64,000 bases of DNA, taken from NCBI GenBank assembly GCA_030601885.1, contig JAUWAU010000016.1, positions 66,817 to 130,816 on the forward strand, given 5' to 3'. Source of the DNA: Armatimonadota bacterium (GTDB lineage Bacteria > Armatimonadota > Zipacnadia > JAUWAU01). Below are positions 25,466 to 33,801 of this stretch, piece by piece (within the stretch, counting starts at the first letter, position 1; each line of letters starts with the position of its first letter). The notes under the pieces were generated by a model that was not told where the DNA came from, did not search any database, and saw only the letters and a program-made list of their open reading frames with translations. Made by a program: the position numbers and the translations under genes.

Positions 25466-28400
25466 ATGACTCAAAAGGTGCTGATTCGGCGGGCAATCGC
25501 GTGGATGAGGACGCCGGCCACGATCTTGGCGTTGGCTGCGGCGTCTGCGACCATGTCGGCGGCGGACTGGCCGCAGTACCGGGCCGACGCCACCCGGAGT
25601 GGATACGCGCCGGAGACGCTGCCGAGCCAACTCTCCCTCAAGTGGGTTCGCCATGCGAGGCATGCGCCCGATCGGGCATGGGTGGGCCGGAGCCTGGCGC
25701 GGTCACGGATGAAGTTTGACTGGGCGCACAGCGTAGTTGTGGCCGATGGCATCGGTTATTTCGGCAGTTCGACAGATGACAAGCTGTACGCTATCGACGC
25801 CGCCACCGGTGAAGAGAAATGGAGTTTCTTCACCGGCGGGCCCATCCGCCTTGCCCCTGCCGTCTGGAAAGATCGTGTGTTCGTCGTCAGCGATGATGGG
25901 TTTCTGCACTGTCTGTCGGCACTGGATGGCACGGAGCTCTGGAAGGTGCGCGGCGGCCCCGATCCCGATCTGGTGATCGGCAACGGGCGCGTCGTGTCGC
26001 GTTGGGTGGCGCGTGGCGGTCCGGCCGTTCGGGACGGCGTGGTCTACTTCGGCGCGGGCATCTGGCCCACGGATGGGGTCGCCATCTACGCCGTTGATGC
26101 TGAGAGCGGCAAGGTTCTGTGGTGCAATGACAACGCCGGCGCCCTGGAGATCGACCAACCGCACATGGGCGCCTATTCCCGGGGAGGCGTCGCGGCGCAG
26201 GGATACCTGGCGGTTACGAGCGACAAGGTGTTCGTAATGACCGGTCGCTCCATCCCGGCGGCGTTTGACCGGAAGACCGGACGCTTTCTCTACTTCCACC
26301 TGAGTCGGTACGGAGGGAAGACGCCGTGGGGTGTGGGCGGTGGCGATGTGGTAGCGACCGATGATGTCTTCTTCACGGCGGGCTTCGCCTTCGATACCGC
26401 AACGGGCATGCGACATCATCAAGTTGGCAAACGTAACTGGTGGATCCCTTTCGTCAGGGACGGACACCAGTATCACGGCGAATTCCTGGTAGGTGTGCGG
26501 CAAGTTATCGCTGCTACGCCGGATGGGTTCGTCAGGTCGGAGGGCTCGACCGTATACGGCTCCGCCCTCTCCAGGAAGACCTATGCTGTCCGCCGGGAAT
26601 GGGAGACCTCTGTTCATACGCCCCGCCTGGCATCTGTCGGACCGGCGAACAAGGGATACATGGAGAGAATCGACGACGCTCCTCTGGTGGCGGATCAGTG
26701 GTCTGTCGAAACAGACGGTCCGATCCAGGAGCTCATTGTCGCCGGCGGAACCATCGCGCTGGGCTCGGCCAACCGGGTCTTTCTCGTGGACGCAGTATCG
26801 AGGAGAGTCACGTGGTCAACCGAACTCGACAGCGCCGTCTACACATTGGCCGCATCGGACGGCTGCCTGTACGCCAGCACCGGCAAAGGGACCATCTACT
26901 GCTTCGGTGCGCAGGATGTGAACGCGGCTCCGAGAGAGATCGAGCTGAGCTCGAGGGCCTCGCCGTATCCGGACAACAGCCTCGCGCGTAGGGCGGCCCA
27001 GGAGATCATTCGCCAGACGGGCATCACCAGCGGTTACTGTCTGGATCTGGGATGTGGCAATGGTGCGCTGGCCTATGAGCTGGCGAAGCGGACCGATCTT
27101 CACATCATTGGCATAGATGCCAATCCGGCTAACGTCAGGGAAGCGCGGCGCAAACTGGATGCCGCCGGGCTCTACGGGGTGAGCGTGGCCGTCCTGCAAC
27201 GGGCTCTCTCGACCACGTATCTTCCCGACTACTTTGCGAACCTCATCGTCTCCTCATCGGCACTTCTCACGGGCACCGGCGGCTTGCCCGAGGGAGAGAT
27301 CGCCCGCCTCCAGCGCCCTTACGGCGGCACAGTTTGCCTGGGGACGCCGGGGGCCATGACTGTCAACGTGCGCGGCGAACTCGAGGGCGCGGGCAGTTGG
27401 ACTCATCCGCTTGGCGATCCCGGCAACACCATGTGCTCGGGCGATGAGCTCGCCAGAGGCCCGCTGGGGGTCTTGTGGTACAGGGACGAGACCCTCGAGA
27501 CCATTGACCGCCACGGCAAGAACCCGGCGCCGCTGTTCTACAAAGGCGTGCTGCTGCGCGAAGGCATCAACGCCATTGACGGAATCGACGCCTACAACGG
27601 CCGCGTCATGTGGCGCGTTTCTTTGCCAGAGCTGTTGGGCGCCTACCTGGGCGGCTCGGGCGTCGGGGCGACCCAGGTCGCAAACACGTACTGCGTCGCC
27701 GATGACGTCGTCTACGCCCGACAGGGGAGCCACTGCCTACTACTGCACGTCTACACGGGAAAACGTCTGGACAGATTCGAAGCGCCCAAGCATCCGGACG
27801 GACGCAAACACGACTGGACGTATGTCGCTTGTGAGGACGGCATTCTGTACGGCGCGCTCGCCAACGACACGCACATCGTCAAGTCGCAGCACGGAAGCGG
27901 AAACGAGCGCACGCAGGTCCCCATGGACAGGCACTTCACGGAATCCTCCATGGTCTTTGCCATAGACGCGGATACGGGCGAGGTGAAGTGGACGTGGGTT
28001 CCTGAACAGTCGATCCGGAACAATTCCTTCGCCGTCGGGAATGGCTGCATCTTCTTCATCGATCGCCCCGTGGCCGAGATTGACCGAATCCTCCGTGAAG
28101 TCGCCGAGGCGAAGCGCCGCGGAGGGGAGCCCCTGCCGGCCCATCCGCTCGGCAGGTTGTTGGCTCTGGACGGGAACACGGGGGAGTTGCTGTGGGATAG
28201 GAAAGACAATGTTCACGGTACCACGCTCGTTCTGAGCGCCAAACATGACGCGCTCCTCATGTGCTACAACCACGTCGGTCGCGCTCTTGCCTCGGATGGC
28301 TTCAATCAAGGAACCACCTGCTTTCGGGCGTCGGATGGAACGATTCTGTGGGAAACGACGCAGAAGCTGGGCGGGCAGCGTCCCGTGGTCGTCGATCGGA

Positions 28401-29053
28401 CGATGTACAGCCCCCCGGGCGCGTGGGATCTGCTGACGGGAGAGCCGAAGACCGTAATGCGAAATGGTCAAGAGGTGCTCTGGCAAATCAAGGACCGGCG
28501 GATGGGTTGCGGCCCGTTGGCCGGCTCGCAACACCTGCTAATGGGGCGCGCGGGGGCCATGGGATACTACGACCTGGCGTATGATCCCGGGAGATACGAG
28601 TACTTCGGCGGCGCGCGGGCGGGATGTTGGATCAACATGATCGCGGCCGGCGGCATCGTTCTGGCGCCTGACGACAGCCGGGCCTGCCGCTGCGCCTATC
28701 AGAACCAGGCGTCCGTTGCCCTCAAAGAGTATGGGGAACGTCCGCCGAGGGTCACGGTGGCGAGCGAACCGGCGAACTACGCCTATGACATCGCCAGGAG
28801 GTCGTATAGCTTCGTTGGCAAGCTCATCATCGAGATGAGTCATCCCAAGGACGATGTCGAGATACGCTACACACTGGACGATAGCTATCCAACGATGGGA
28901 TCAGCTCTCTACACGGGGCCCATTACATTGACGGAGACAATGCCCGTGCGGGCCTCGGCGTTCAGGAACGGCAGGAAAGTGGCCGTTCGCGACGGCATCA
29001 TCTTCACCAAAGTCCGGAAGCTGGACACGACCACCGGGAAGAAGGGGCAATGA
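25466..29053 (+). CDS. Secreted PQQ-like beta-propeller protein with an internal class I SAM-methyltransferase domain and a C-terminal chitobiase/hexosaminidase-type (Fn3-associated) domain
   Basis: Signal peptide present, followed by propeller blades (ADWPQYRAD, KLYAIDAATGEEKWSF, LHCLSALDGTELWK, VLWCND). The SAM motif I is GYCLDLGCGNGALAYELAKRTDLHIIGID. A second propeller follows. The C-terminal block is IRYTLDDSYPTMGSALYTGPITL. The start could instead be the ATG at 25427. Confidence 0.75.
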   Translation: MTQKVLIRRAIAWMRTPATILALAAASATMSAADWPQYRADATRSGYAPETLPSQLSLKWVRHARHAPDRAWVGRSLARSRMKFDWAHSVVVADGIGYFGSSTDDKLYAIDAATGEEKWSFFTGGPIRLAPAVWKDRVFVVSDDGFLHCLSALDGTELWKVRGGPDPDLVIGNGRVVSRWVARGGPAVRDGVVYFGAGIWPTDGVAIYAVDAESGKVLWCNDNAGALEIDQPHMGAYSRGGVAAQGYLAVTSDKVFVMTGRSIPAAFDRKTGRFLYFHLSRYGGKTPWGVGGGDVVATDDVFFTAGFAFDTATGMRHHQVGKRNWWIPFVRDGHQYHGEFLVGVRQVIAATPDGFVRSEGSTVYGSALSRKTYAVRREWETSVHTPRLASVGPANKGYMERIDDAPLVADQWSVETDGPIQELIVAGGTIALGSANRVFLVDAVSRRVTWSTELDSAVYTLAASDGCLYASTGKGTIYCFGAQDVNAAPREIELSSRASPYPDNSLARRAAQEIIRQTGITSGYCLDLGCGNGALAYELAKRTDLHIIGIDANPANVREARRKLDAAGLYGVSVAVLQRALSTTYLPDYFANLIVSSSALLTGTGGLPEGEIARLQRPYGGTVCLGTPGAMTVNVRGELEGAGSWTHPLGDPGNTMCSGDELARGPLGVLWYRDETLETIDRHGKNPAPLFYKGVLLREGINAIDGIDAYNGRVMWRVSLPELLGAYLGGSGVGATQVANTYCVADDVVYARQGSHCLLLHVYTGKRLDRFEAPKHPDGRKHDWTYVACEDGILYGALANDTHIVKSQHGSGNERTQVPMDRHFTESSMVFAIDADTGEVKWTWVPEQSIRNNSFAVGNGCIFFIDRPVAEIDRILREVAEAKRRGGEPLPAHPLGRLLALDGNTGELLWDRKDNVHGTTLVLSAKHDALLMCYNHVGRALASDGFNQGTTCFRASDGTILWETTQKLGGQRPVVVDRTMYSPPGAWDLLTGEPKTVMRNGQEVLWQIKDRRMGCGPLAGSQHLLMGRAGAMGYYDLAYDPGRYEYFGGARAGCWINMIAAGGIVLAPDDSRACRCAYQNQASVALKEYGERPPRVTVASEPANYAYDIARRSYSFVGKLIIEMSHPKDDVEIRYTLDDSYPTMGSALYTGPITLTETMPVRASAFRNGRKVAVRDGIIFTKVRKLDTTTGKKGQ

Positions 29054-29283
29054 GCGGCCCTGAAGCGCCGACACGAAGGGATGTCCTGAGCAACACAGTC
29101 TCGGCGCCGCGATGATGAGAGACCTGCCCACGATATTGCAGTTACTGCGCCTCGACAGTGCGGGCGATGTCCGTGAGGACCTCGGGGATCGCCAGGACCA
29201 GCCTGCGTCCGTCTGAGTGGGCTTCTGTGGCCGACGTTCGATGAATATCTTGGCGGATGATCCGCGTAGAACAGCGGCTTGCC

Positions 29284-30615
29284 TTATCCGGCGGCCATTT
29301 TCGGCTGCAGGCGGCGCGCGGCTGCCCACAGTGCAATGGCAAGCCAAAGCCGCATCTGTGGGGCGTAACGGCGCCAGGAGCGGACGAAGCTCGATTCGAA
29401 CACCCACGTCCACGCCAACGCGGCAGGCAGCGCCAGAAGTGAAGGCAATCCGCCAAGTGCCACCCAAACCTGCCCCCCGCCCGGTGCTGCTACTGCGCTC
29501 CACCATTCCCGCAGCGCCTCCGGGTATTGCATAGCCAGGCACACTACCAGGCCAATGAGGGCCAACTGAGCGACCGCCTCCCCCGCCACCCAGAGCACCG
29601 CCCACCACAACCTCCCCCAGGCGCTCCAGCCCTGCGTGGCTCGATTCATGGTCTCGGGCGCCACCAGCGAGTCGATGCGGTCGAGCAGATCCTCCCACGC
29701 ATCCGCATCGTCGAGCCGCACCAGACCCAACGCATCGGTCAGCAGCCACCAGCCATCGGTCCTCGTCCCGACAAGCAGGCACCAGGCTGCAGTGAACTGC
29801 AGGAAAAGCGCCGCGGCCAGGGCGGCGGGCCAGGCGGTGCCCACATAGATGGCATACGAAACGACCGCAGCCACAAGCTGAAGGTACACGCCACCAGCGT
29901 CCACGATACACCGCCGCGCGCGCGGGAGCCTCCAGGCTTCAGTGACATCCGCACTCCAGGATGCCGGCAGGAGCCCGGTCACATCGCCATGAGTACCGGA
30001 GAATCTTCGGCACGCTGCGAGATGACCTAACTCGTGCAAGAAGACGAGCAACGGCGCCAGGAGGCTCAAGACCAGGACGTCGAGCCACGAAAGCTGGTGC
30101 AGCGCGCGGGCTACTTGGGGAAGCCCATCGAACACGACCATCCGGACTAGCATGGCCAGTACGGCGACCAGTACAGCAGCCGCCACCGGCCGTGCGAATA
30201 GGACGCCCAGCAACGGTGTAGCCACCCCGAGCTGGCCCGCCTTGACAGTGACCCGCCAGGCACCCGCCGTTTTCTCGACAAAACGCGGAGGCACTGGCTC
30301 CATGTCCGGTTCGGCGTCGTCGTCCTGGGCGCGGCGGCCGGCCAGGAGGCCTCGTGGCCCCAGCCTATTCTCCAGAGCCCACTCAACCTCCCACCGCGTG
30401 ACGTGGCGGCGCCAGAGGCGGGAGACGGCGCGCGCAATTCGCTCCTCAGACCGCATCCCATCGATGCAGGAGAGGAGTTGATAGAGGGACTCGGAGATGC
30501 GGAAGAACCTGGCGTCCGGTAGCCGGACCAGGTAGGCCGGCTGGGGCAGATCCACGTCGAAGGGGCCGATCCAAACGCCCTCGGCGAGGCGTGGCTTGGC
30601 GGCGCTCGCGGGCAT
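29284..30615 (-). CDS. PqqD/RRE-like domain fused to an M50-like multi-pass membrane zinc metalloprotease
   Basis: The N-terminal block is FFRISESLYQLLSCIDGMRSEERIARAV (PqqD-like). HELGH sits within a TM segment. TDGWWLLTDALG resembles the second M50-type motif (xDGxxxLxD). At least six hydrophobic segments are present. The ATG lies 3 nt after the stop of 30619..32718. Confidence 0.65.
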   Translation of the reverse strand: MPASAAKPRLAEGVWIGPFDVDLPQPAYLVRLPDARFFRISESLYQLLSCIDGMRSEERIARAVSRLWRRHVTRWEVEWALENRLGPRGLLAGRRAQDDDAEPDMEPVPPRFVEKTAGAWRVTVKAGQLGVATPLLGVLFARPVAAAVLVAVLAMLVRMVVFDGLPQVARALHQLSWLDVLVLSLLAPLLVFLHELGHLAACRRFSGTHGDVTGLLPASWSADVTEAWRLPRARRCIVDAGGVYLQLVAAVVSYAIYVGTAWPAALAAALFLQFTAAWCLLVGTRTDGWWLLTDALGLVRLDDADAWEDLLDRIDSLVAPETMNRATQGWSAWGRLWWAVLWVAGEAVAQLALIGLVVCLAMQYPEALREWWSAVAAPGGGQVWVALGGLPSLLALPAALAWTWVFESSFVRSWRRYAPQMRLWLAIALWAAARRLQPKMAAG

Positions 30616-30618
30616 GGC

Positions 30619-32718
30619 TCAACTCTCTTGGAGGGCCGTGAGCAGCGCCCGGAGGCAGAAGGCGGTGGTCACCGTTGCGCTCTTGAAGGTCAACACGTGT
30701 GCAGACGTCGTCGCCTGCCGCTCCAACCGGAGGCGCGATAGGTCCACTTTCACGAAGGGACTGGCGGGCCATGCGCCGCTGCTGCGCTGGCGGCCGAGGA
30801 GATATGACAGCCCCCGCCTCCCGGCCGTGTCGAGCTCCGGTTGGCCCTCTTGCAGATCACACGCCAGTACACCGAAGGCCGTCTCCAGAGGCGTGCTTTC
30901 CGGTTCTCCCCATCCGCCATCCTGGTGCTGCGCCTGCAGCACGTACTGCAGCCCGCGCGCCAGCGGCTCGCAGTCGGGCTCGACATCAGCCAGAAGCCGA
31001 CAGCACAGCCACGTGGGATAGGTTCGACCCCAATACCAGTGGCCAGACCAACTGCCGTCCGAGTGCTGGACGCTCGCCAGGTAGCTTACACCGGCTCGCA
31101 GAACCTCGCCGAAGGCCTGCTTATCGTACAAGCAAACCCCGAACAGCGCATTGGCAACGACGTCCAGATCCGGCTCTTCGCCCCATGCCTCGTACATTCG
31201 TGCCTTGGCCCGCAGGGCGTCCTCATCGTCGGGGTCGGCCAGCCACGTGTCCACGGCACCATTTGAGCGCACATTGTGCTCGGCCAGCAGGGCCACGACA
31301 TCGCCGCACAGCTCGGCCATTCGCTCCGGCGCCGCACTGGCCAAGGCAGACAGGACGGCGCCCAGCGTGTCGGCATCCGCCGGCAGTCCGCTCACGCCCG
31401 GGATGTACGTCCATCCTCGTTGCGGGCCTTCGAGGCGGCTGCGTGCCAGGTAATCAACCTCGGCCTGCAACACTTCGTCAGGCACCATCAGACCGACGCG
31501 TCGGCAGTGCGCGAGGGCCTCCAGGATAAGGGCTCTGGCGAACACGTCGCCCGTGCGAAGGTGTCCACCCTTCGCCAGGGGCTCCGGTTGGGGGAAAAAC
31601 ACGGGGTGCCGTGCCTCGACAAAGCCCCGCTGCTGCTCCTGGACCAGCAGCCTCAGAGCCGACTCAGTCGCCTCGCGCGCCCGCTCTGTCGTCACTTCAT
31701 CCGATGCCGGTCTGGGGAGGGGCTCTGCCTCAATCCGGGCTCGCTCTTTTGTTGTAGCGCGGAGCAGTTCAAGGTCCTGCTGCAGGTTGGCTGAGCGAGT
31801 TCGTGCGCGCTGGACGTACCCCAGCCAGCCTGGACAGCCCTGCTCAGCGGCCAATTCGTGCGCGTGGTCAAATGCTGCGATGGACTCGCCCAGCGCCTCC
31901 TCAGCCAGCCCCGAGAAGTACATGAATTTGCCCACCAGCTCGGCGTCTGGCTTCTCGTCGCCCATGATCTGGTTGGCTAGGCCGCTTTCGATGAGGGTCC
32001 GGGTCAGGATGTAGGAGTAGTTCCCCCGCTCATAGTCGAACTTCCAATCGCAAAGATCGTCGTGCAATTGCAGGCCCATGGCGTGGTGGTCTTGGGAGGC
32101 GGTCAGCGGCTCAATCTTGTCGGGCTCGTGACCGAGCAGCCCCAGCGCCGTGGGGACCAGCTTGGCACATGCCTGCTTCCCCGTAGCCGAGCGCCAAAGC
32201 TCCTCTCCCGTGTAGGGGATCACTTGGCCGTCGTGGCGGCTGCGCTCCGCGACCATGACACCGGCCTGCTCCAGCCAGAAGGCGTCAAAGCGGAGCCAGA
32301 AGTCCGAGCTGGCGTCGAACAACTCCTGAAACGCGCGCGAGGCTTGCTGCAGACGATAGTGGCAACTCAGATAGCTGGCCAGGATGAACGGCCGCGCGTG
32401 TCCAAGCTGTGCGTCCACCAACTTGTCAAGCAAGATGGCGTGCTCAGCGACGAGCTGCGCACCAACCGCCAGTGTGCGCGCGTCCTCTGCCGTAACCCGC
32501 GGGAAGCCAGACAGAAACAGATAGACGTAATCATGGAACGAGCAATAGGCGGCGATGCTGTCAACCCACGTCCCGTCCTTCTCAATCACGCCGTCCATCG
32601 CTTCCCACTCGATGTAGGGCGATTGCTTCAGTGACTCATAGAAGCTGCCCACCACCTGCGTCGCGAGCGCCCAGACTTGCTCCACCTCGTGTGCCATGTG
32701 AGAATCGGGCTCCTGCAT
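30619..32718 (-). CDS. Fusion protein: N-terminal polyprenyl-synthase-like (class I isoprenoid fold) domain plus C-terminal QW-repeat prenyltransferase/terpene-cyclase-like alpha/alpha barrel
   Basis: N-terminal half: GLQLHDDLCDWKFD sits at about residue 215-228, where a second Asp-rich motif is expected. ATGKQACAKL is KT-like. A degenerate first motif, AILLDKLVD, sits at about residue 95-102. C-terminal half: four QW-like repeats are present (YLARSRLEGPQRGW, YLASVQHSDGSW, YVLQAQHQDGGW, YLLGRQRSSGAW), plus LPADADTLG. The ATG at 32718 is preceded by GAGGAG; the track start at 32724 is a TTG. Confidence 0.6.
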   Translation of the reverse strand: MQEPDSHMAHEVEQVWALATQVVGSFYESLKQSPYIEWEAMDGVIEKDGTWVDSIAAYCSFHDYVYLFLSGFPRVTAEDARTLAVGAQLVAEHAILLDKLVDAQLGHARPFILASYLSCHYRLQQASRAFQELFDASSDFWLRFDAFWLEQAGVMVAERSRHDGQVIPYTGEELWRSATGKQACAKLVPTALGLLGHEPDKIEPLTASQDHHAMGLQLHDDLCDWKFDYERGNYSYILTRTLIESGLANQIMGDEKPDAELVGKFMYFSGLAEEALGESIAAFDHAHELAAEQGCPGWLGYVQRARTRSANLQQDLELLRATTKERARIEAEPLPRPASDEVTTERAREATESALRLLVQEQQRGFVEARHPVFFPQPEPLAKGGHLRTGDVFARALILEALAHCRRVGLMVPDEVLQAEVDYLARSRLEGPQRGWTYIPGVSGLPADADTLGAVLSALASAAPERMAELCGDVVALLAEHNVRSNGAVDTWLADPDDEDALRAKARMYEAWGEEPDLDVVANALFGVCLYDKQAFGEVLRAGVSYLASVQHSDGSWSGHWYWGRTYPTWLCCRLLADVEPDCEPLARGLQYVLQAQHQDGGWGEPESTPLETAFGVLACDLQEGQPELDTAGRRGLSYLLGRQRSSGAWPASPFVKVDLSRLRLERQATTSAHVLTFKSATVTTAFCLRALLTALQES

Positions 32719-33045
32719 GCACAAACTCCTCTCTCGCCAGAGGGCGGAATGCGGTTTCGTTCAGTCTAGGCGCACTGACAGCGCTGCTGGCTCAGGGGCG
32801 GCGCCCGCTTCCGGCCCCAGCTACTTTGTCCGCACCGCGCCGGCCCGCCATGCGCGAACGCTGTGCTCAAGGCGGCACCGACATCGTAGATGCCTGCCCA
32901 TTGTTGGCACAGGCCATTGGCCGGCCGCCTATAGGGTCTACGTTCGGCAATGAACGGGATCCCGCGTGCGCGCGTTGGGAGGAGCGAGGGCTGTGGGGTT
33001 TTGTATCAGGAAGGCTCCATCCGGCCCCCGACGATGTGCAACTCA

Positions 33046-33176
33046 GAGCCTATCCCAAAACCCCTCGACTTGTCATGCTGAGCCTGGCGAAGCATCTCGC
33101 AATAGCCTCCGGGACGAGATTCTTCGCGTTGCTCAGAATGACATTTCTTCGAGCGGCTGGTTTTAGGATAGGCTCT
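33046..33176. repeat. Nested palindromic intergenic element
   Basis: Outer arms are GAGCCTATCCCAAAACC and GGTTTTAGGATAGGCTC. Inner arms are TGTCATGCTGAGC and GCTCAGAATGACA. Each pair has one mismatch. It lies in the spacer between the precursor peptide gene and the fusion gene. Confidence 0.8.
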
Positions 33177-33512
33177 AAATCACGGGACAGCTCCAGCACT
33201 GCCTTCCCAGCCCTCGAGAGCGATTCCCTAACCATCCCGTGTCCGCTTGCCGCTGCTGCCAAGCCCGAAACGGCCGGCTCTCGCGGCCCCGGGTAGTCGC
33301 AATGACACCCTTTCGCGGCTGCCGCCGGCCGGGGCTTGGTCCACGTTGTGCACCAGCGAAACGTCGCCCTGCCCGTGAGCACGTGTGCCCGTGCGTGCAT
33401 GAGCCCGTTCCCCAGAGCGTCACACCGCCTCGCGTCCACGGATAGCACCCCACGGAGCCCTGACCCTCCGCCTGCCCTCGCTGTGGTGCAGAGGGTCCAA
33501 TTCCCACAGCGG

Positions 33513-33704
33513 CTACTCCGGCTCTGGCTTCGGCATTTCTTTCTTGCCCCAGTCGCCGCACGCTTTGAAATTGTCGCACACGCACCCCCAAGCCTCCCCA
33601 CGAACGTCCAGCTCCTCCATGGCCAGCCGTTCCTCAAGCTCGTCTATGGACACCGCAGCGAACAACTCGGTGTTCAATGACTCGATTTGCTTACCAGGGC
33701 TCAT
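33513..33704 (-). CDS. Candidate RiPP precursor peptide (63 aa)
   Basis: The sequence is MSPGKQIESLNTELFAAVSIDELEERLAMEELDVRGEAWGCVCDNFKACGDWGKKEMPKPEPE. The ATG at 33704 follows a GGAGGA RBS (33711..33716) by 6 nt. It lies 97 nt downstream of the rSAM stop. It is hidden in the C-terminus of the 172-aa track ORF, whose upstream part overlaps the rSAM gene out of frame. Confidence 0.6.
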   Translation of the reverse strand: MSPGKQIESLNTELFAAVSIDELEERLAMEELDVRGEAWGCVCDNFKACGDWGKKEMPKPEPE

Positions 33705-33801
33705 GCTGTGTCCTCCTTGTGGAACCGCCACCCCGCCTCCGTGGGCTGCTGGATGCGACCTTTTCCAGGGCCCACACGGAGCCGAACGGTTCTGCTGTTC
33801 C

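Noticed and set aside
28901-29911. 336-aa minus-strand ORF bridging the end of the propeller gene and the M50-like gene
   Set aside because: It overlaps the 3' end of 25466..29053 antisense and the M50-like gene out of frame. The sequence is Gly/Arg-rich and I judge it a shadow ORF.
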